Source: Thermodesulfobacteriota bacterium
GTDB lineage: Bacteria > Desulfobacterota > Desulfarculia > JACQYL01
Direction of reading: 5' to 3'
Assembly: GCA_963675595.2 (NCBI GenBank)
Contig: CAXXLZ010000001.1
Coordinates: 1,088,001-1,152,000, forward strand
DNA length: 64,000 nt
The notes beneath the pieces were generated by a model. That model ran no database searches, was not told the DNA's origin, and saw nothing but the letters and a program-made list of their open reading frames with translations. The translations under genes were made by a program, and so were the position numbers. This document shows positions 18,682 to 28,051 of the stretch, in pieces; position 1 is the stretch's first letter; each line of letters opens with the position of its first letter.

Positions 18682-18930
18682 TTAAGACTTGAAGGCGTTC
18701 AGTACATCGGCCACCACCCTCTCGGCGGCCTCTTTTTCCGATTTTGGGACCCAAACGCCTCCCCATCCTTTACGTGCCACATAAATACCGTCGTAGGCGG
18801 TATCCTGATATCCTTTGACCCATGCCGAGATTCCGGCCTTTTTGAGTGCATCGAGTATTTGGTCCGCTTCGAATTGATTTTCGAGTACATGCACTTTGAC
18901 CATGGGCTCGTCTTCCGGGCGGGACATCAT
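18682..18930 (-). CDS. Small DUF2007-like putative signal-transducing protein
   Basis: ENQFEADQILDALKKAGI...D.AYDG.Y pattern, 82 aa. Confidence 0.65.
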   Translation of the reverse strand: MMSRPEDEPMVKVHVLENQFEADQILDALKKAGISAWVKGYQDTAYDGIYVARKGWGGVWVPKSEKEAAERVVADVLNAFKS

Positions 18931-18952
18931 TTCTCCGTGGAAATCTTGAGAA

Positions 18953-19201
18953 TCAGTGGAGGTTGTTTGTCTCTTCGCTCGACGTCCGTCCCCGTCGGGT
19001 GTAAATCACCTTGAACTCATCCGGCGCGTAAGAAAGGCACGAGGTACACCCGCCTTCCGAGCCCAAGTCCACCGGCTCCAGGCGAACTTCAAAGCCGAGT
19101 TTCCGATATTCTTCGACTACTTCGCTCAAGCGGGGCTCGTTGGTGAGCATTTGACGGACCCACCCCTCTTGGGCAAGCTCTTCTTCCCGGGTCATGACCA
19201 T
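18953..19201 (-). CDS. Small conserved hypothetical protein with CxxC
   Basis: GGAGG RBS, EPRLSEVVEEYRKLGFEVRLEP...CTSC...IYTR, in operon context. Confidence 0.7.
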   Translation of the reverse strand: MVMTREEELAQEGWVRQMLTNEPRLSEVVEEYRKLGFEVRLEPVDLGSEGGCTSCLSYAPDEFKVIYTRRGRTSSEETNNLH

Positions 19202-19300
19202 CCTCCCGAAACATGCCGACCGGCCGGAGAACCCGTAAGAGGCTTTCCGGACCGTGCAGGATTCAACGCGGGGCCAACTTGTAGAAGAGACTTCACAGAG

Positions 19301-19720
19301 TCAGGCGGTGCGGAGCATCTCGGACACTTTGGTCAGCAAGGCGCCGGGATCTAACGGTTTGTCCATGAATTGGTCGCCCGCTATCCCTCCCGCCTTCTTG
19401 GGCGCCTTGGCCTTGTCCTCCAAATCTCTCCGCAAGGAACTGACCATCAGAATCGGTGTGTGGCGGTAGTCGATATACTCGGCGGTCATCTTCAGAGCGG
19501 CGCTGACGGCGAAGCCCTCGAACATGCTGTCCATCATGATGTCCAAGATGATCAGGTCCGGGCTCTCCAGGGTGACCATCTGCAGTCCTTCGGTTCCGTT
19601 CCCGGCGCTGATCACTTCATAGTCGGCGGATTCCAGTATGATTTTCGTTGATTCTATGAAGTCCGGGTCGTCGTCTACGATCAGGATCTTTCGTTTCTGT
19701 TTCAACTGGAGTCCTCCCAT
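19301..19720 (-). CDS. Single-domain response regulator (CheY-like)
   Basis: ILIVDDD, DLIILDIMM, MVSS and KP motifs. Confidence 0.9.
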   Translation of the reverse strand: MGGLQLKQKRKILIVDDDPDFIESTKIILESADYEVISAGNGTEGLQMVTLESPDLIILDIMMDSMFEGFAVSAALKMTAEYIDYRHTPILMVSSLRRDLEDKAKAPKKAGGIAGDQFMDKPLDPGALLTKVSEMLRTA

Positions 19721-20078
19721 CGCTTAGGACACTTTTGTTTGAAAATACATACTGTTACCGATCAAAGTCAAGCAAAATGACGAGGTGCGTTTGTGGCCGG
19801 GAGCCGAGTTCGGGCCGGAGTCCTTACGACTTCGTTTTGGGCTCTGGGAGGGCTTTACTTCCCTCCGGGGTTCGGATATGGACGGAATGAATGCTCGGTT
19901 CGCGCGGGCCGGAGCCGATACCGGTGCAACAAGGCTCCGGCAAACCTGAACTTGATCGGCGTCGAATAAACCGGCATGAGAGAATGCGAAGCGGATATCC
20001 GCTCATTATCGGGTTCGTATATGTGCGTGTATGGAATCGTAATCGTCATCATTCCAAACTCATAACGGTTCGAGGACT

Positions 20079-21596
20079 ATGGCGGAACTGAAATCCATGG
20101 AATTCCAATTTCCCTCAAGGCCCGGGTGGTGGAATGGAGAACGGGTCGGTGCCTTGCTCGGTGGTTTTTCCCGCTGTCGGCTCCTGGTAGTGGGAGACCT
20201 GATGCTTGACCGGTATCTCTGGGGGCGTGTGGATCGCATATCTCCTGAAGCGCCGGTCCAAGTGCTCGACGTCCACCGGGAAACGGATACCTTGGGAGGG
20301 GCGGGAAACGTGCTGAAGAACCTCGTTTCTCTGGGAGCCCAATCCGGTATTTTGAGCGTTATCGGCGAAGACGTTGCCGGAGAACGAGTGTCGGGATTGC
20401 TTGAGTCGTTGAGCGGAGAGGGGGATGGGCTTCTGGTCGATTCTTCCCGGAGGACCACTCAGAAGACGCGCATCATTGCCGAAAACCAGCAGATTCTGAG
20501 GATCGACAGGGAAAACCGGGAGCCGATTTCCAGGGACATGGAAAGCCGACTGTTGTGCTTGGCGGAGGAACAGGCGGACAAGGTGGACGGTCTGTTGGTT
20601 TCCGACTACGGCAAGGGAGTCTTAACCCCCCGGTTGATCCGTGAGCTCATAGTCATGGGGCGACGATGTTCTTTCCCGGTTTTAATCGATCCGAAGGGGA
20701 CGGATTACGAAAAGTATTCCGATGCGACGCTGATAACTCCAAACAAAAAGGAAGCCTCGGTGGCTTCGGGAGTGGAGATTTCCGATCGAGCGTCGCTGCG
20801 TGAGGCGGTGCGGACACTCCGCCTGAAAGTCAAGAATACGGGCATCCTGGTCACATTGGGCAGTGAAGGCATGGCGCTTTTTCCGGCGGAAGGCGGCGAA
20901 ACCTATATTCGAGCCTCAGCGCGGGAAGTCTATGACGTTTCCGGCGCCGGCGATACGGTCCTTTCAGTCCTTGGACTGGGACTGAGCTCCGGCGTCTCAT
21001 TGGAGGAATCGGCGATGTTGGCCAATGAAGCCGCCGGCATCGTCGTGGCCAAGGTGGGCGCCGCATCCGTCTCCCCGGCCGAATTGAGGGAAGCCCTATT
21101 GGGACGAAGCGATCCCTACGAGCGAAAAATTCGCGGTATCGGCAGTTTGGCGGTGGAATTGGACGGGCTGAGGCGTCAAGGCAAGCGAATCGTCTTTACC
21201 AACGGATGCTTTGATCTGCTGCATGTGGGTCACATACAGTTCCTGCAGGAATCGGCACGCTTGGGTGACGTGCTGGTGGTGGCATTGGACGACGACGGCT
21301 CCGTGAGACGATTGAAGGGAGAAGGACGTCCCATCCTCAAGCAGGAGGACCGATTGCGGGTGCTGTCCGCCCTGGATTGCGTGGATTATCTTTGTGTCTT
21401 TTCTTCCCCCGACCTGGACATGCTCCTTGACCGACTGAAACCGGACGTTCTCACCAAGGGGGGAAATTATTCCGAGGAGAAAATCTTGGGGAGGGAAGTG
21501 GTGCTCAGGAGCGGCGGAAAAGTGGTCGCCATCCCACTGGAGGTGGAAGGCTCTATTTCCAGCTTGATCCATCGGATACGTAACGGCGGTGCGTGA
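20079..21596 (+). CDS. hldE: Bifunctional D-glycero-beta-D-manno-heptose-7P kinase / heptose-1P adenylyltransferase
   Basis: GDLMLDRY...RISPEAPV, DVSGAGDT, FTNGCFDLLHVGH. Confidence 0.95.
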   Translation: MAELKSMEFQFPSRPGWWNGERVGALLGGFSRCRLLVVGDLMLDRYLWGRVDRISPEAPVQVLDVHRETDTLGGAGNVLKNLVSLGAQSGILSVIGEDVAGERVSGLLESLSGEGDGLLVDSSRRTTQKTRIIAENQQILRIDRENREPISRDMESRLLCLAEEQADKVDGLLVSDYGKGVLTPRLIRELIVMGRRCSFPVLIDPKGTDYEKYSDATLITPNKKEASVASGVEISDRASLREAVRTLRLKVKNTGILVTLGSEGMALFPAEGGETYIRASAREVYDVSGAGDTVLSVLGLGLSSGVSLEESAMLANEAAGIVVAKVGAASVSPAELREALLGRSDPYERKIRGIGSLAVELDGLRRQGKRIVFTNGCFDLLHVGHIQFLQESARLGDVLVVALDDDGSVRRLKGEGRPILKQEDRLRVLSALDCVDYLCVFSSPDLDMLLDRLKPDVLTKGGNYSEEKILGREVVLRSGGKVVAIPLEVEGSISSLIHRIRNGGA

Positions 21597-21698
21597 CGTC
21601 AAGGAGCGGCGGCATCGCACCGAACGTTCCTCCCGCATCCCATGCGATGCGAATCCGGGCAGGCTGTTTTTCGGGTGGCCCGGTTTCGAGCCCTTGTG

Positions 21699-23075
21699 TC
21701 ACACCTCGAAGTCTCCCAATAGTGCGTTCAGCTTCTCAGGCGCAAGCACACCCTTTCGCAGAACAATTTCACGGATGGTCTCACCGGTTTCGAAGGCCTC
21801 CTTGGCCAGGGCGGCCGCCGAATCGTACCCGATTTCCGGCACCAGATAGGTAGCCAGGGCGAGACTTTTTTCCACCTTTCCGGCGCATCCGGCTCGATCG
21901 GCCCGGATTTCAGCCACGCATTTCCGTGCGAACAGCGAACAGACGCGGCTCAACAAGGTAATGGACTGGATCAGATTGTAACCGATGACCGGCATCATCA
22001 CGTTGAGTTCGAAGTTTCCGCTCATTGCGCCGAAAGTGATGGTCAAGTCGTTTCCCATGACCTGGGCGGCTACTTGAAGCACGGATTCGGGAATAATGGG
22101 ATTGATCTTTCCGGGCATGATGGAAGACCCGGGCTGCAATGCCGGCAGAACAATTTCCGAGAACCCTGCGCGAGGCCCGCATGAGAGCCACCTGATATCG
22201 TTGGCGATCTTGACGAGACCGGTCGCCAGGGTCTTCAATGCGCCGCTGGTTTCCACCGCGGCGTCCCGCGCCGCCTGGGCTTCGAAATGGTCTACCGCCT
22301 CCCGAAAGGCGAAACCGGTTTCTTCGCTGATGCGTTGGATGACCATTCGAGCGAAGGCCGGATGGGTGTTCACTCCGGTGCCCACCGCGGTTCCTCCCAA
22401 AGGAAGTTCCGCCAGTCCGTCTTCCACCGCTCGGATTCTGTCCGCGCCCAATTCCATCTGCCTGGCGTATCCCCCGAATTCCTGTCCGAGGGTTATGGGG
22501 ACCGCGTCCTGAAGATGGGTTCTGCCGATCTTGACGATACCTGCGAATTCCTTCGACTTGTTCCGCAGGGCACCCTCGAGTTCGGCGACGGCCGGAAGAA
22601 GCTCCTTTCGAAGTAAGGAAAAGGCCGCCATGTGAATCGCACTGGGAATCGTATCATTACTGGATTGCCCCAGATTCACGTGATCGTTGGGATGCACCGG
22701 AGACTTGGCGCCCCGGATCCCGGTCAGCAACTCGTTGGCCCGCCCCGCGACGACTTCATTGACGTTCATGTTCGTGGACGTTCCCGAGCCGGTTTGGAAC
22801 ACGTCCACCACAAACTGGTCGTCCAGGACGCCGTTGAGCACTTCCGAGGCTGCGGAGCGTACGGCGTCCGCAATGTTGGTTCCGATCAGCCCCAGCTCAA
22901 GATTGACTTGGGCGGCGTGCTTTTTGATCAAAGCGAGAGCTCGGATGATAGGAAACGGCATTTGGATGCCGCTTACGGGAAAGTTCTCCACGGCACGCTG
23001 TGTGGAAGCGCCGTAATAGGCTTCCGACGGCACCTCCATAGGTCCCATTGAGTCCTTTTCCACGCGGGTTTGCAT
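21699..23075 (-). CDS. fumC: Class II fumarate hydratase
   Basis: Starts MQTRVEKDSMG after AAGGAGG. QTGSGTSTNMN, GRTHLQDA and GSSIMPGKINP signatures. The track's 762-aa N-extension overlaps the upstream gene. Confidence 0.93.
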   Translation of the reverse strand: MQTRVEKDSMGPMEVPSEAYYGASTQRAVENFPVSGIQMPFPIIRALALIKKHAAQVNLELGLIGTNIADAVRSAASEVLNGVLDDQFVVDVFQTGSGTSTNMNVNEVVAGRANELLTGIRGAKSPVHPNDHVNLGQSSNDTIPSAIHMAAFSLLRKELLPAVAELEGALRNKSKEFAGIVKIGRTHLQDAVPITLGQEFGGYARQMELGADRIRAVEDGLAELPLGGTAVGTGVNTHPAFARMVIQRISEETGFAFREAVDHFEAQAARDAAVETSGALKTLATGLVKIANDIRWLSCGPRAGFSEIVLPALQPGSSIMPGKINPIIPESVLQVAAQVMGNDLTITFGAMSGNFELNVMMPVIGYNLIQSITLLSRVCSLFARKCVAEIRADRAGCAGKVEKSLALATYLVPEIGYDSAAALAKEAFETGETIREIVLRKGVLAPEKLNALLGDFEV

Positions 23076-23164
23076 AAGAACCTCCTTGGGTCGGTTTCGA
23101 GCCGAAATCGGGTTCAAGACCCGATCGGAGACGCTTCGGCGCTCCTTACAGCCCGATTCAAAGT

Positions 23165-24124
23165 TCAGTGCGATCTTTCCTTGAGCACGTCGGAAACGCC
23201 TACGACCATGCTGTCCAAAACGACCTGGATGATATGGAACGCCAGAAGAGGGAAGAGGGCGAAAGGATTGCTGTGAGCGAACACCAGGGTCCATACGGTG
23301 ACGGGGACCGTCAACGTCTTTTGAGCGCAAACCATGGATACGGAGCGGACCGCGGCCTCCTCGATGGACAGGAGATGCTTTCCGGCGAAATATCCCACGA
23401 AGAGGACCAGGCCGTGCACAAAAGCGGAAGGAGGAATGTAGGAGGCGAACCGTTCGGGTTTCAAGCTCAGAAGCGCGTCGTGATGCGAGCACAAAGAACT
23501 GTAAATGATCAGACAGAGGGCCGCGGTGGGGACATGCTTGATCAGGGAAGCCAAAGCCCGAGTGCGGTACCGACCGGGGACTCTCCGGTATAGGGCGAAG
23601 CCGATCAGTGCCGGGAGCAGGACCAGGAACGCGAGCTTCACGGCAAGCTTCAAAGGGCTGATGGGTAAGTGGAGCCCCAGTGCCGGCTGCAGGATGAGCG
23701 GATATGTGATCACGGAAGCGAGATTCAAACCGGCGGAAAGAGACAGAGAGACCAGTGGGTCTCCGCCCCATCGACCTGCCAGAACCGGTCCGGAAACCAG
23801 AGTCGGTGCCGCGGCGCAAATCAGAATGAAGCCCACATAGTCGTCTCCGCTCCAGCCCAAAGAACGGCAATACAGAACGGCCACCAGCGGCGCCATCACC
23901 TGAGATAGGACGAAACCCCATGCCAGGCACCGCAGGATCGTATCGGGGCTCTTCAACCGAGAGGATGAGAGGCCGGCGCCTTGGCATAAGAAAATCAGGA
24001 AAATGAGCACGTTGACCACGCCCATGGTCTTGAGCGTTCTACCCGGGCCCGGCAAAAGGAACGCTCCGGTAAGGGCTGCAAGGATCCCTAGGAGAAGGAC
24101 ATTCTGTCTGATCAATCGCGCCAT
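23165..24124 (-). CDS. Bile acid:sodium symporter (SBF-like) family transporter
   Basis: About 9-10 TM helices; PTLVSG, QKTL and FHIIQ motifs. Confidence 0.8.
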   Translation of the reverse strand: MARLIRQNVLLLGILAALTGAFLLPGPGRTLKTMGVVNVLIFLIFLCQGAGLSSSRLKSPDTILRCLAWGFVLSQVMAPLVAVLYCRSLGWSGDDYVGFILICAAAPTLVSGPVLAGRWGGDPLVSLSLSAGLNLASVITYPLILQPALGLHLPISPLKLAVKLAFLVLLPALIGFALYRRVPGRYRTRALASLIKHVPTAALCLIIYSSLCSHHDALLSLKPERFASYIPPSAFVHGLVLFVGYFAGKHLLSIEEAAVRSVSMVCAQKTLTVPVTVWTLVFAHSNPFALFPLLAFHIIQVVLDSMVVGVSDVLKERSH

Positions 24125-24213
24125 GGATCGGGCATTTCTTCAGCGGTTGGGAAGAAAAACAGGGCGTCTCCTTCGGGAAGACGCCCTGACTTCGGTCTTC
24201 AATTCACCGGGTT

Positions 24214-24918
24214 CTATTCTTTCTTTTCCTTTTGGATGGTCTGCTTGAGCGTGTTGATGCATTTGGTGACCGGGATTTCCTTGGGGCAGACGCGGGTGCA
24301 TTCGAAATGATTCACGCAGGACCACACTCCGTCGGGACGGTCCAACTCGGAGAGCCGTTCCGACCGTCTTTCGTCACGGGAGTCGAACACATAGCGAAAA
24401 GCCCAGACAAGGGGAGCGGGCCCGACATACTCCTTGTTCTCCAGAGTCACGGGACAGGCGGCGACGCAGGATGCACAAAGAATGCAGCGGATGACCCGGT
24501 CCAGTTTCTTCATGTCTTCGGGACTCTGGATTCTTTCCCCGTCCGCCGGCGCCTCTCCGGCGGTCAAATAGGGGCGGACTTCTTCAATGCGTTTGAAGAA
24601 CGGTTCCATGTCCACAATGAGGTCTTTCAGCACCCGAAAGGACGGCAAAGGCTCGATGAGAATCCGGTCCCCTCCACAATCCTTCACCAGGGTTTGGCAG
24701 GCCAGGGCACAGCGGCCGTTGATCTTCATGCCGTCCGAACCGCAAACTCCGTGGGCGCAGGACATGCGATAAGCCAGGGTTCCGTCCTGCTCCCAACGAA
24801 TTCGATTCAGACAATCCAGAACTCGTTCTTGAGGTTCCGCGTCGACCGTGTATGTACGGTAATAAGGTTCCGTGTCCACCCCGGGATCGAAACGGAAAAT
24901 CTTCAGGCGTATTTCCAT
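24214..24918 (-). CDS. sdhB: Succinate dehydrogenase/fumarate reductase Fe-S subunit
   Basis: SCAHGVCGSD, CILCASCVAACP, CVNHFECTRVCPK. Confidence 0.93.
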   Translation of the reverse strand: MEIRLKIFRFDPGVDTEPYYRTYTVDAEPQERVLDCLNRIRWEQDGTLAYRMSCAHGVCGSDGMKINGRCALACQTLVKDCGGDRILIEPLPSFRVLKDLIVDMEPFFKRIEEVRPYLTAGEAPADGERIQSPEDMKKLDRVIRCILCASCVAACPVTLENKEYVGPAPLVWAFRYVFDSRDERRSERLSELDRPDGVWSCVNHFECTRVCPKEIPVTKCINTLKQTIQKEKKE

Positions 24919-24919
24919 A

Positions 24920-26641
24920 TCAGTACACCCTGGGTTTGGGTTCGAATCGTTTAAGGTTCACCGATTTGGAGGACAATTCCGGACCATCCCCACCCTTGTG
25001 CACAAGGGTATGCTTCAACCATCGATCATCGTCCCTTTCCGGGAAGTCTTCCCGGAAATGCGCACCCCGGCTTTCCTCCCTGGCCAGAGCGCTCGAAAGG
25101 ATGACTTCGGCCAGACCGAGCAGTCCTTCCAGTTCCATGGCTTCCAGGAGATCGTAGTTGAAGGCTTCACCCCGATTTTCGACTCCCACGTCCTTGTACC
25201 GATCCATCAAGCCCCTCACCGCCGAAAGGGTCTTTTCCAAGCCTTCGCGGTTCCGGAAGACGGAACAATGGTCGGTCATGGCTTGTTGAAGCTCCTTCCT
25301 CAGCAGGCCGGCGCGTTCGTTCCGTCCCGTCCTCTTAAGACGCTCCACACGCTCTTGACTTGGCTGCACCGGGTCCGACGGGAGGTTCGAGAAAGACAAT
25401 TTCCCCACTTCCGCTGCGATCTTCTTTCCGGCCCTTCGGCCGAACACCACGAGGTCCAGCAAGGAGTTGCAGCCAAGTCGGTTGGCCCCGTGCACGGATA
25501 CACAGGCACACTCTCCAGCCGCATACAGGCCCGGAACGATGCCGTTGTGTCCGTCGAGAACCTCGCCGTCCACACTGGTGGGAATGCCTCCCATCATGTA
25601 ATGGCAGGTAGGCTGAACCGGAATGGGCTCCTTAGAGGCGTCGATTCCGCGATAGATCTTCACGAACGAAGCTATGTCCGATAATTTTTCCGAGATGCGT
25701 TGGGCGCCGATATGCGTCAGGTCCAGGTGTACGTAATCTTTGCCGTCGATTCCCCGGTCTTCTCTAATTTCCGTCAGGATGGCCCTGGAAACCACGTCGC
25801 GTGGCGCCAAGTCCTTTATGGTCGGGGCGTATCGTTCCATGAAACGTTCCCCGAGTCGGTTCCGGAGGATCCCTCCTTCGCCGCGCGCGGCTTCACTGAT
25901 GAGCACTCCGAGTCCATAGATTCCCGTGGGATGGAATTGGATGAATTCCATGTCTTCGAGGGGCATTCCGGCGCGATAGGCGAGATACACCCCGTCTCCC
26001 GTGTTGGCGAAGCAATTCGATGTGGTCTTGAAGAGCTTTCCGAACCCGCCCGTGGCCAGCATTACGACTTTCGCGTGGATGACCTGGAGCCGTCCGGTGG
26101 CCAGTTCGTAAACCACCACTCCGCCGATGCCTTCCTTGGTCCGAACCAGGTCGACCATTTGGTGCTCGGGATAGACGCGTACGCCCTGCCTGACCGCCTG
26201 TCCATACAGCGTGTCCAGAATCACGCGCCCGGTCCGATCCGCCGCGTGACATGCCCGCTTCACCGCCGCTTTGCCGAACTCACGCGTGTGCCCGCCGAAC
26301 GCCCGTTGGGCGATCTTGCCTTCGGGCGTCCGATTGAAGGGAACGCCCATGTGTTCGAGTTCATAGATGGCCCTGGGCGCGTCCCGGGTGAGCACCTCGG
26401 CCACGTCCTGATCGGTGAGATAGTCCCCGCCCTTCACCGTGTCGTACATGTGCCATTCCCAGGAATCCGGCTCTTCGTTGCCCAAAGAGGCGGCAATGCC
26501 TCCCTGGGCGGCGCCGGAATGGGATCGGGTGGGGTAGACTTTGCTGATCAACGCCAAGTCCGCCTTGCCCGCGATCTCCACGGCGGCTCTCAAGCCGGCG
26601 AGTCCGGAACCCACGATGACCACGTCGTGTTTTTGAGTCAT
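24920..26641 (-). CDS. sdhA: Succinate dehydrogenase/fumarate reductase flavoprotein
   Basis: [16 protein letters not shown] (covalent FAD His), QFHPTG, HYMMGG, HGANRLG. ATG 26641 follows GGAG. Confidence 0.94.
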   Translation of the reverse strand: MTQKHDVVIVGSGLAGLRAAVEIAGKADLALISKVYPTRSHSGAAQGGIAASLGNEEPDSWEWHMYDTVKGGDYLTDQDVAEVLTRDAPRAIYELEHMGVPFNRTPEGKIAQRAFGGHTREFGKAAVKRACHAADRTGRVILDTLYGQAVRQGVRVYPEHQMVDLVRTKEGIGGVVVYELATGRLQVIHAKVVMLATGGFGKLFKTTSNCFANTGDGVYLAYRAGMPLEDMEFIQFHPTGIYGLGVLISEAARGEGGILRNRLGERFMERYAPTIKDLAPRDVVSRAILTEIREDRGIDGKDYVHLDLTHIGAQRISEKLSDIASFVKIYRGIDASKEPIPVQPTCHYMMGGIPTSVDGEVLDGHNGIVPGLYAAGECACVSVHGANRLGCNSLLDLVVFGRRAGKKIAAEVGKLSFSNLPSDPVQPSQERVERLKRTGRNERAGLLRKELQQAMTDHCSVFRNREGLEKTLSAVRGLMDRYKDVGVENRGEAFNYDLLEAMELEGLLGLAEVILSSALAREESRGAHFREDFPERDDDRWLKHTLVHKGGDGPELSSKSVNLKRFEPKPRVY

Positions 26642-26679
26642 GAGACTCTCCGTTTCTTGCATCGGCAGGCCCCGAATGA

Positions 26680-27861
26680 CTATGGGCGCTCCGTAACGGA
26701 CTGATAGAGACATCCCGTCAAACCGCAGTACTCTCCCACGTATTCAGCCTTCGGACGATACAGGGCCGGCGTGCCCTGAGCTTCGGCGAACTTTTCTTCT
26801 ATGGCGTGGGCGCACCAACCGGAAATCCGGGACATGGCGAAGATCGGCGTCATCAAGTCACGGGGAATACCCATCATGTGATAGACGGATGCGCTGTAGA
26901 AATCCACATTGGGCTTCAGCTCCGTCTTTCCCCGTTTTTCGAATTCATCGAGCACCGTCTCTTCGATCTTCATCGTCATCAAAGGCCATTTTTCCAGGCC
27001 GGTCTTCTTTCCAATACGGAGGGCCATTTCCTTGAGTATTTTGGCTCTCGGGTCCATGGTCTTATAGACCGCGTGCCCGACTCCCATGATCCGGTTGCCC
27101 GCGTCCAGTTGGCGAATCACCCAGGCGGGGAGATCCGGTTCGTTTTCGATTTCCATGAGCATTTTCATCACCCGGGCATTGGCGCCGCCGTGCAGACTCC
27201 CGGAGAGAGCTCCCACACCGGCCGCCACGCCCGCGTACATATGGGCTCTTGTGGAAACCACTTCGCGGCACGCAAAGGTCGAGGCGTTGAATGTGTGGTC
27301 TGCATGCAGGACCAGACAGACGTCCAGATCCTTCGCAACCTCGGGGTCCGGCTTGGTTCCGTGAAGCATCCAAAGAAAATTGGCCGCGTGGGGCAGGGTA
27401 TCGTCGGGAGGAAGAGGTTCCAGTCCGTTGCGTATCCTGTGCCATGCCGCCACCACCACGGGAAGACGGGCGATAAGACGGACGGCCATGTCAACGTTGC
27501 CTTCCCGGGTTTCATCTCCCAGGTTTGGGTCCGCCGTAGCCAGCATGGGCACGGAAGCCTGAAGCACGTCCATGGGGTCGGCGCTCTTCGGCCACGTCTT
27601 GAAACTGTCGAACACGAATCCCGGAACTTCTCTTTCCCGCTGGACCCTTGCTGCGAAAGCTTCCAGTTCTCCTTTCGTGGGGAGGTTGCCCATGAGCAAA
27701 AGATAAGCCGTCTCCATGAAGTCCGAATGGGCGGCCAGTTCCTCGATGCGAAACCCCCGGTAGATCAAGATTCCCTGAGTCCCGTCGATGAAACTGATCT
27801 TGGTGTCGGCCACGGTCACTCCGCGGAGTCCCATGTTTTTCACTCGCACCGTGTCTGCCAT
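26680..27861 (-). CDS. gltA: Citrate synthase (Si-type family)
   Basis: [44 protein letters not shown] follows GGAGG. Confidence 0.9.
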   Translation of the reverse strand: MADTVRVKNMGLRGVTVADTKISFIDGTQGILIYRGFRIEELAAHSDFMETAYLLLMGNLPTKGELEAFAARVQREREVPGFVFDSFKTWPKSADPMDVLQASVPMLATADPNLGDETREGNVDMAVRLIARLPVVVAAWHRIRNGLEPLPPDDTLPHAANFLWMLHGTKPDPEVAKDLDVCLVLHADHTFNASTFACREVVSTRAHMYAGVAAGVGALSGSLHGGANARVMKMLMEIENEPDLPAWVIRQLDAGNRIMGVGHAVYKTMDPRAKILKEMALRIGKKTGLEKWPLMTMKIEETVLDEFEKRGKTELKPNVDFYSASVYHMMGIPRDLMTPIFAMSRISGWCAHAIEEKFAEAQGTPALYRPKAEYVGEYCGLTGCLYQSVTERP

Positions 27862-28051
27862 ATATCCCTCCGTGCTTAATAGCCCGTTGCAAAATTCCGT
27901 ATGCCGTAGACCGGTGAAAAACCGCGACACGCAAAGCCCGCCGATCCTGAAAAAGGAGGCGTACATGGAGCATGTCGCGGCAAGTGGAACGTCGCGCAAT
28001 CCGCCTGTTGAGGGCGGATCGGGTTTCTCACCGGGGTGTTGTTCCGGCGGG

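Noticed and set aside
19939-19990. GGCAAACC suggesting a c-di-GMP-I riboswitch
   Set aside because: The following GNRA-capped stem and GACGCAAAG element are absent.
23076-23987. 762-aa N-terminally extended fumarase in the ORF track (likewise extended tgt, cpoB, bamC, trmB and porin)
   Set aside because: The extensions overlap neighbouring genes or promoters; downstream starts with RBS or stop-start coupling match family N-termini.
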